Positions 63,256 through 64,000 of a stretch of DNA of 64,000 bases are shown here, piece by piece; the stretch's first letter is position 1, and the number at the start of each line of letters is the position of its first letter. The notes below the pieces were generated by a model. That model had not been told where the DNA came from, made no database searches, and saw nothing but the letters and a program-made list of their open reading frames with translations. The position numbers were made by a program, and so were the translations under genes. The stretch is taken from assembly GCA_964202905.1 (NCBI GenBank), contig CAXNJO010000014.1:1-64000 (forward strand), read 5' to 3'. The DNA is from Polyangiales bacterium (GTDB taxonomy: Bacteria; Myxococcota_A; Polyangia; Polyangiales; JADJQN01).

Positions 63256-64000
63256 TCTGCGGCCCCACGATAGGCCACGCGCACGACGCCGTAACGCACG
63301 ACGTCGCCGTCGAACGCGAGGTCGGCGGGGCCCGCCGGCAAGGGCAGAAAGGCACTCTCGTCGAGCGCGCCCGTGGTGAGAATGCAATTCGTCAGACAGC
63401 GCGGAATGGCACCCTGCGGCGGATGCGACGGATTCGAATCCTGCGCACGCGGCGACGGGAGGGCGACGACGTGCAGCCCCGCGACGCCGCCCGGCGAGCG
63501 CCCGACGTAGACCAGCTGCCGCGCATCCGGCGCGAAGCGCAGCGCCCCCGCAGCCGGGAGATCGCGCGCGATCGTGTGCGTGCGCCCGCCCGCTGAGGAG
63601 GTGCAGCGCGACGGTGAGCGCGCCGTCGTGCACGACGACCGCGAGCAGGGCGCCCGTGTCGTCGACGGCGGGCCGATCGACGACGTCACGCGCGACGAGC
63701 ACCGCGCGCCCATCGGCGGTCACGCGCCGCAAGGTTCCGTCCACGCTGCGCACCGCGGCCGCCTCGCCCCAAGGCACGGCGTCGATCGCGGGCGACGGCA
63801 GCGAGAGTGGCTGAACGACACCATCATGGAAGATGCCCATCGACACCGTCGACGGACCGTCTCCGCCGGGAGGCGCCTCGTCGATCGTCCGGAGCGCGAG
63901 GAGGCGCGTCTCACCGAGCCACGCGAGAGGACGCGCCCCCGCGGGCAGCGGCGCAGCGGTCGCACCGGCACGCGCGGGCGCTGCGCCGTGGGGCGCGGTG
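63252..64000 (-). CDS. TolB/PD40-like beta-propeller protein, partial, frameshifted near 63590-63600
   Basis: DRPAVDDTG.LLAV in one frame, LRFAPDARQLVYVG in another; stop overlaps the M23 start; 5' end uncertain. Confidence 0.5.

Overview
High-GC window from a Myxococcota genome, most likely Polyangia/Sandaracinus-like. This is inferred from the MYXO-CTERM-type sorting signal, the PEGA/TPR proteins and the DLG/DAG-linker lipoproteins. The centre (about 27-44 kb, minus strand) is the str-S10-spc-alpha ribosomal superoperon, which is unusual in four ways. fusA is absent between rpsG and tuf, and rplC is absent between rpsJ and rplD. The EF-Tu has a non-canonical switch I ([16 protein letters not shown] instead of IDxAPEExxRGITI). 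The gene in the infA position is strongly diverged. The left arm carries tRNA-Phe; a coupled class III aminotransferase-luxE-luxC operon lacking luciferase (candidate acid-to-aldehyde-to-amine pathway); a CpXC-like/coiled-coil/HEAT protein; and a four-gene cluster led by a protein with a T3SS-needle-like C-terminus and ending in two PEGA paralogues. It also carries MerR-divergent folE-LonN-Rieske, ribA, an alkyl-DHAP-synthase-like FAD operon, prfA, rpmE and nested decayed IS66 elements. The right arm carries a Ser/Thr kinase, pabB, typA, and an FHA-GGDEF protein with Ala at the guanine-specifying Asp (Hypr/cGAMP-like candidate). It also has an M66-like peptidase, a liv transporter with fused LivK-LivH, DedA, an RRM protein and an M23 peptidase. 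Several isolated frameshifts suggest indel errors in the assembly. All family assignments come from motif recognition, not database searches.
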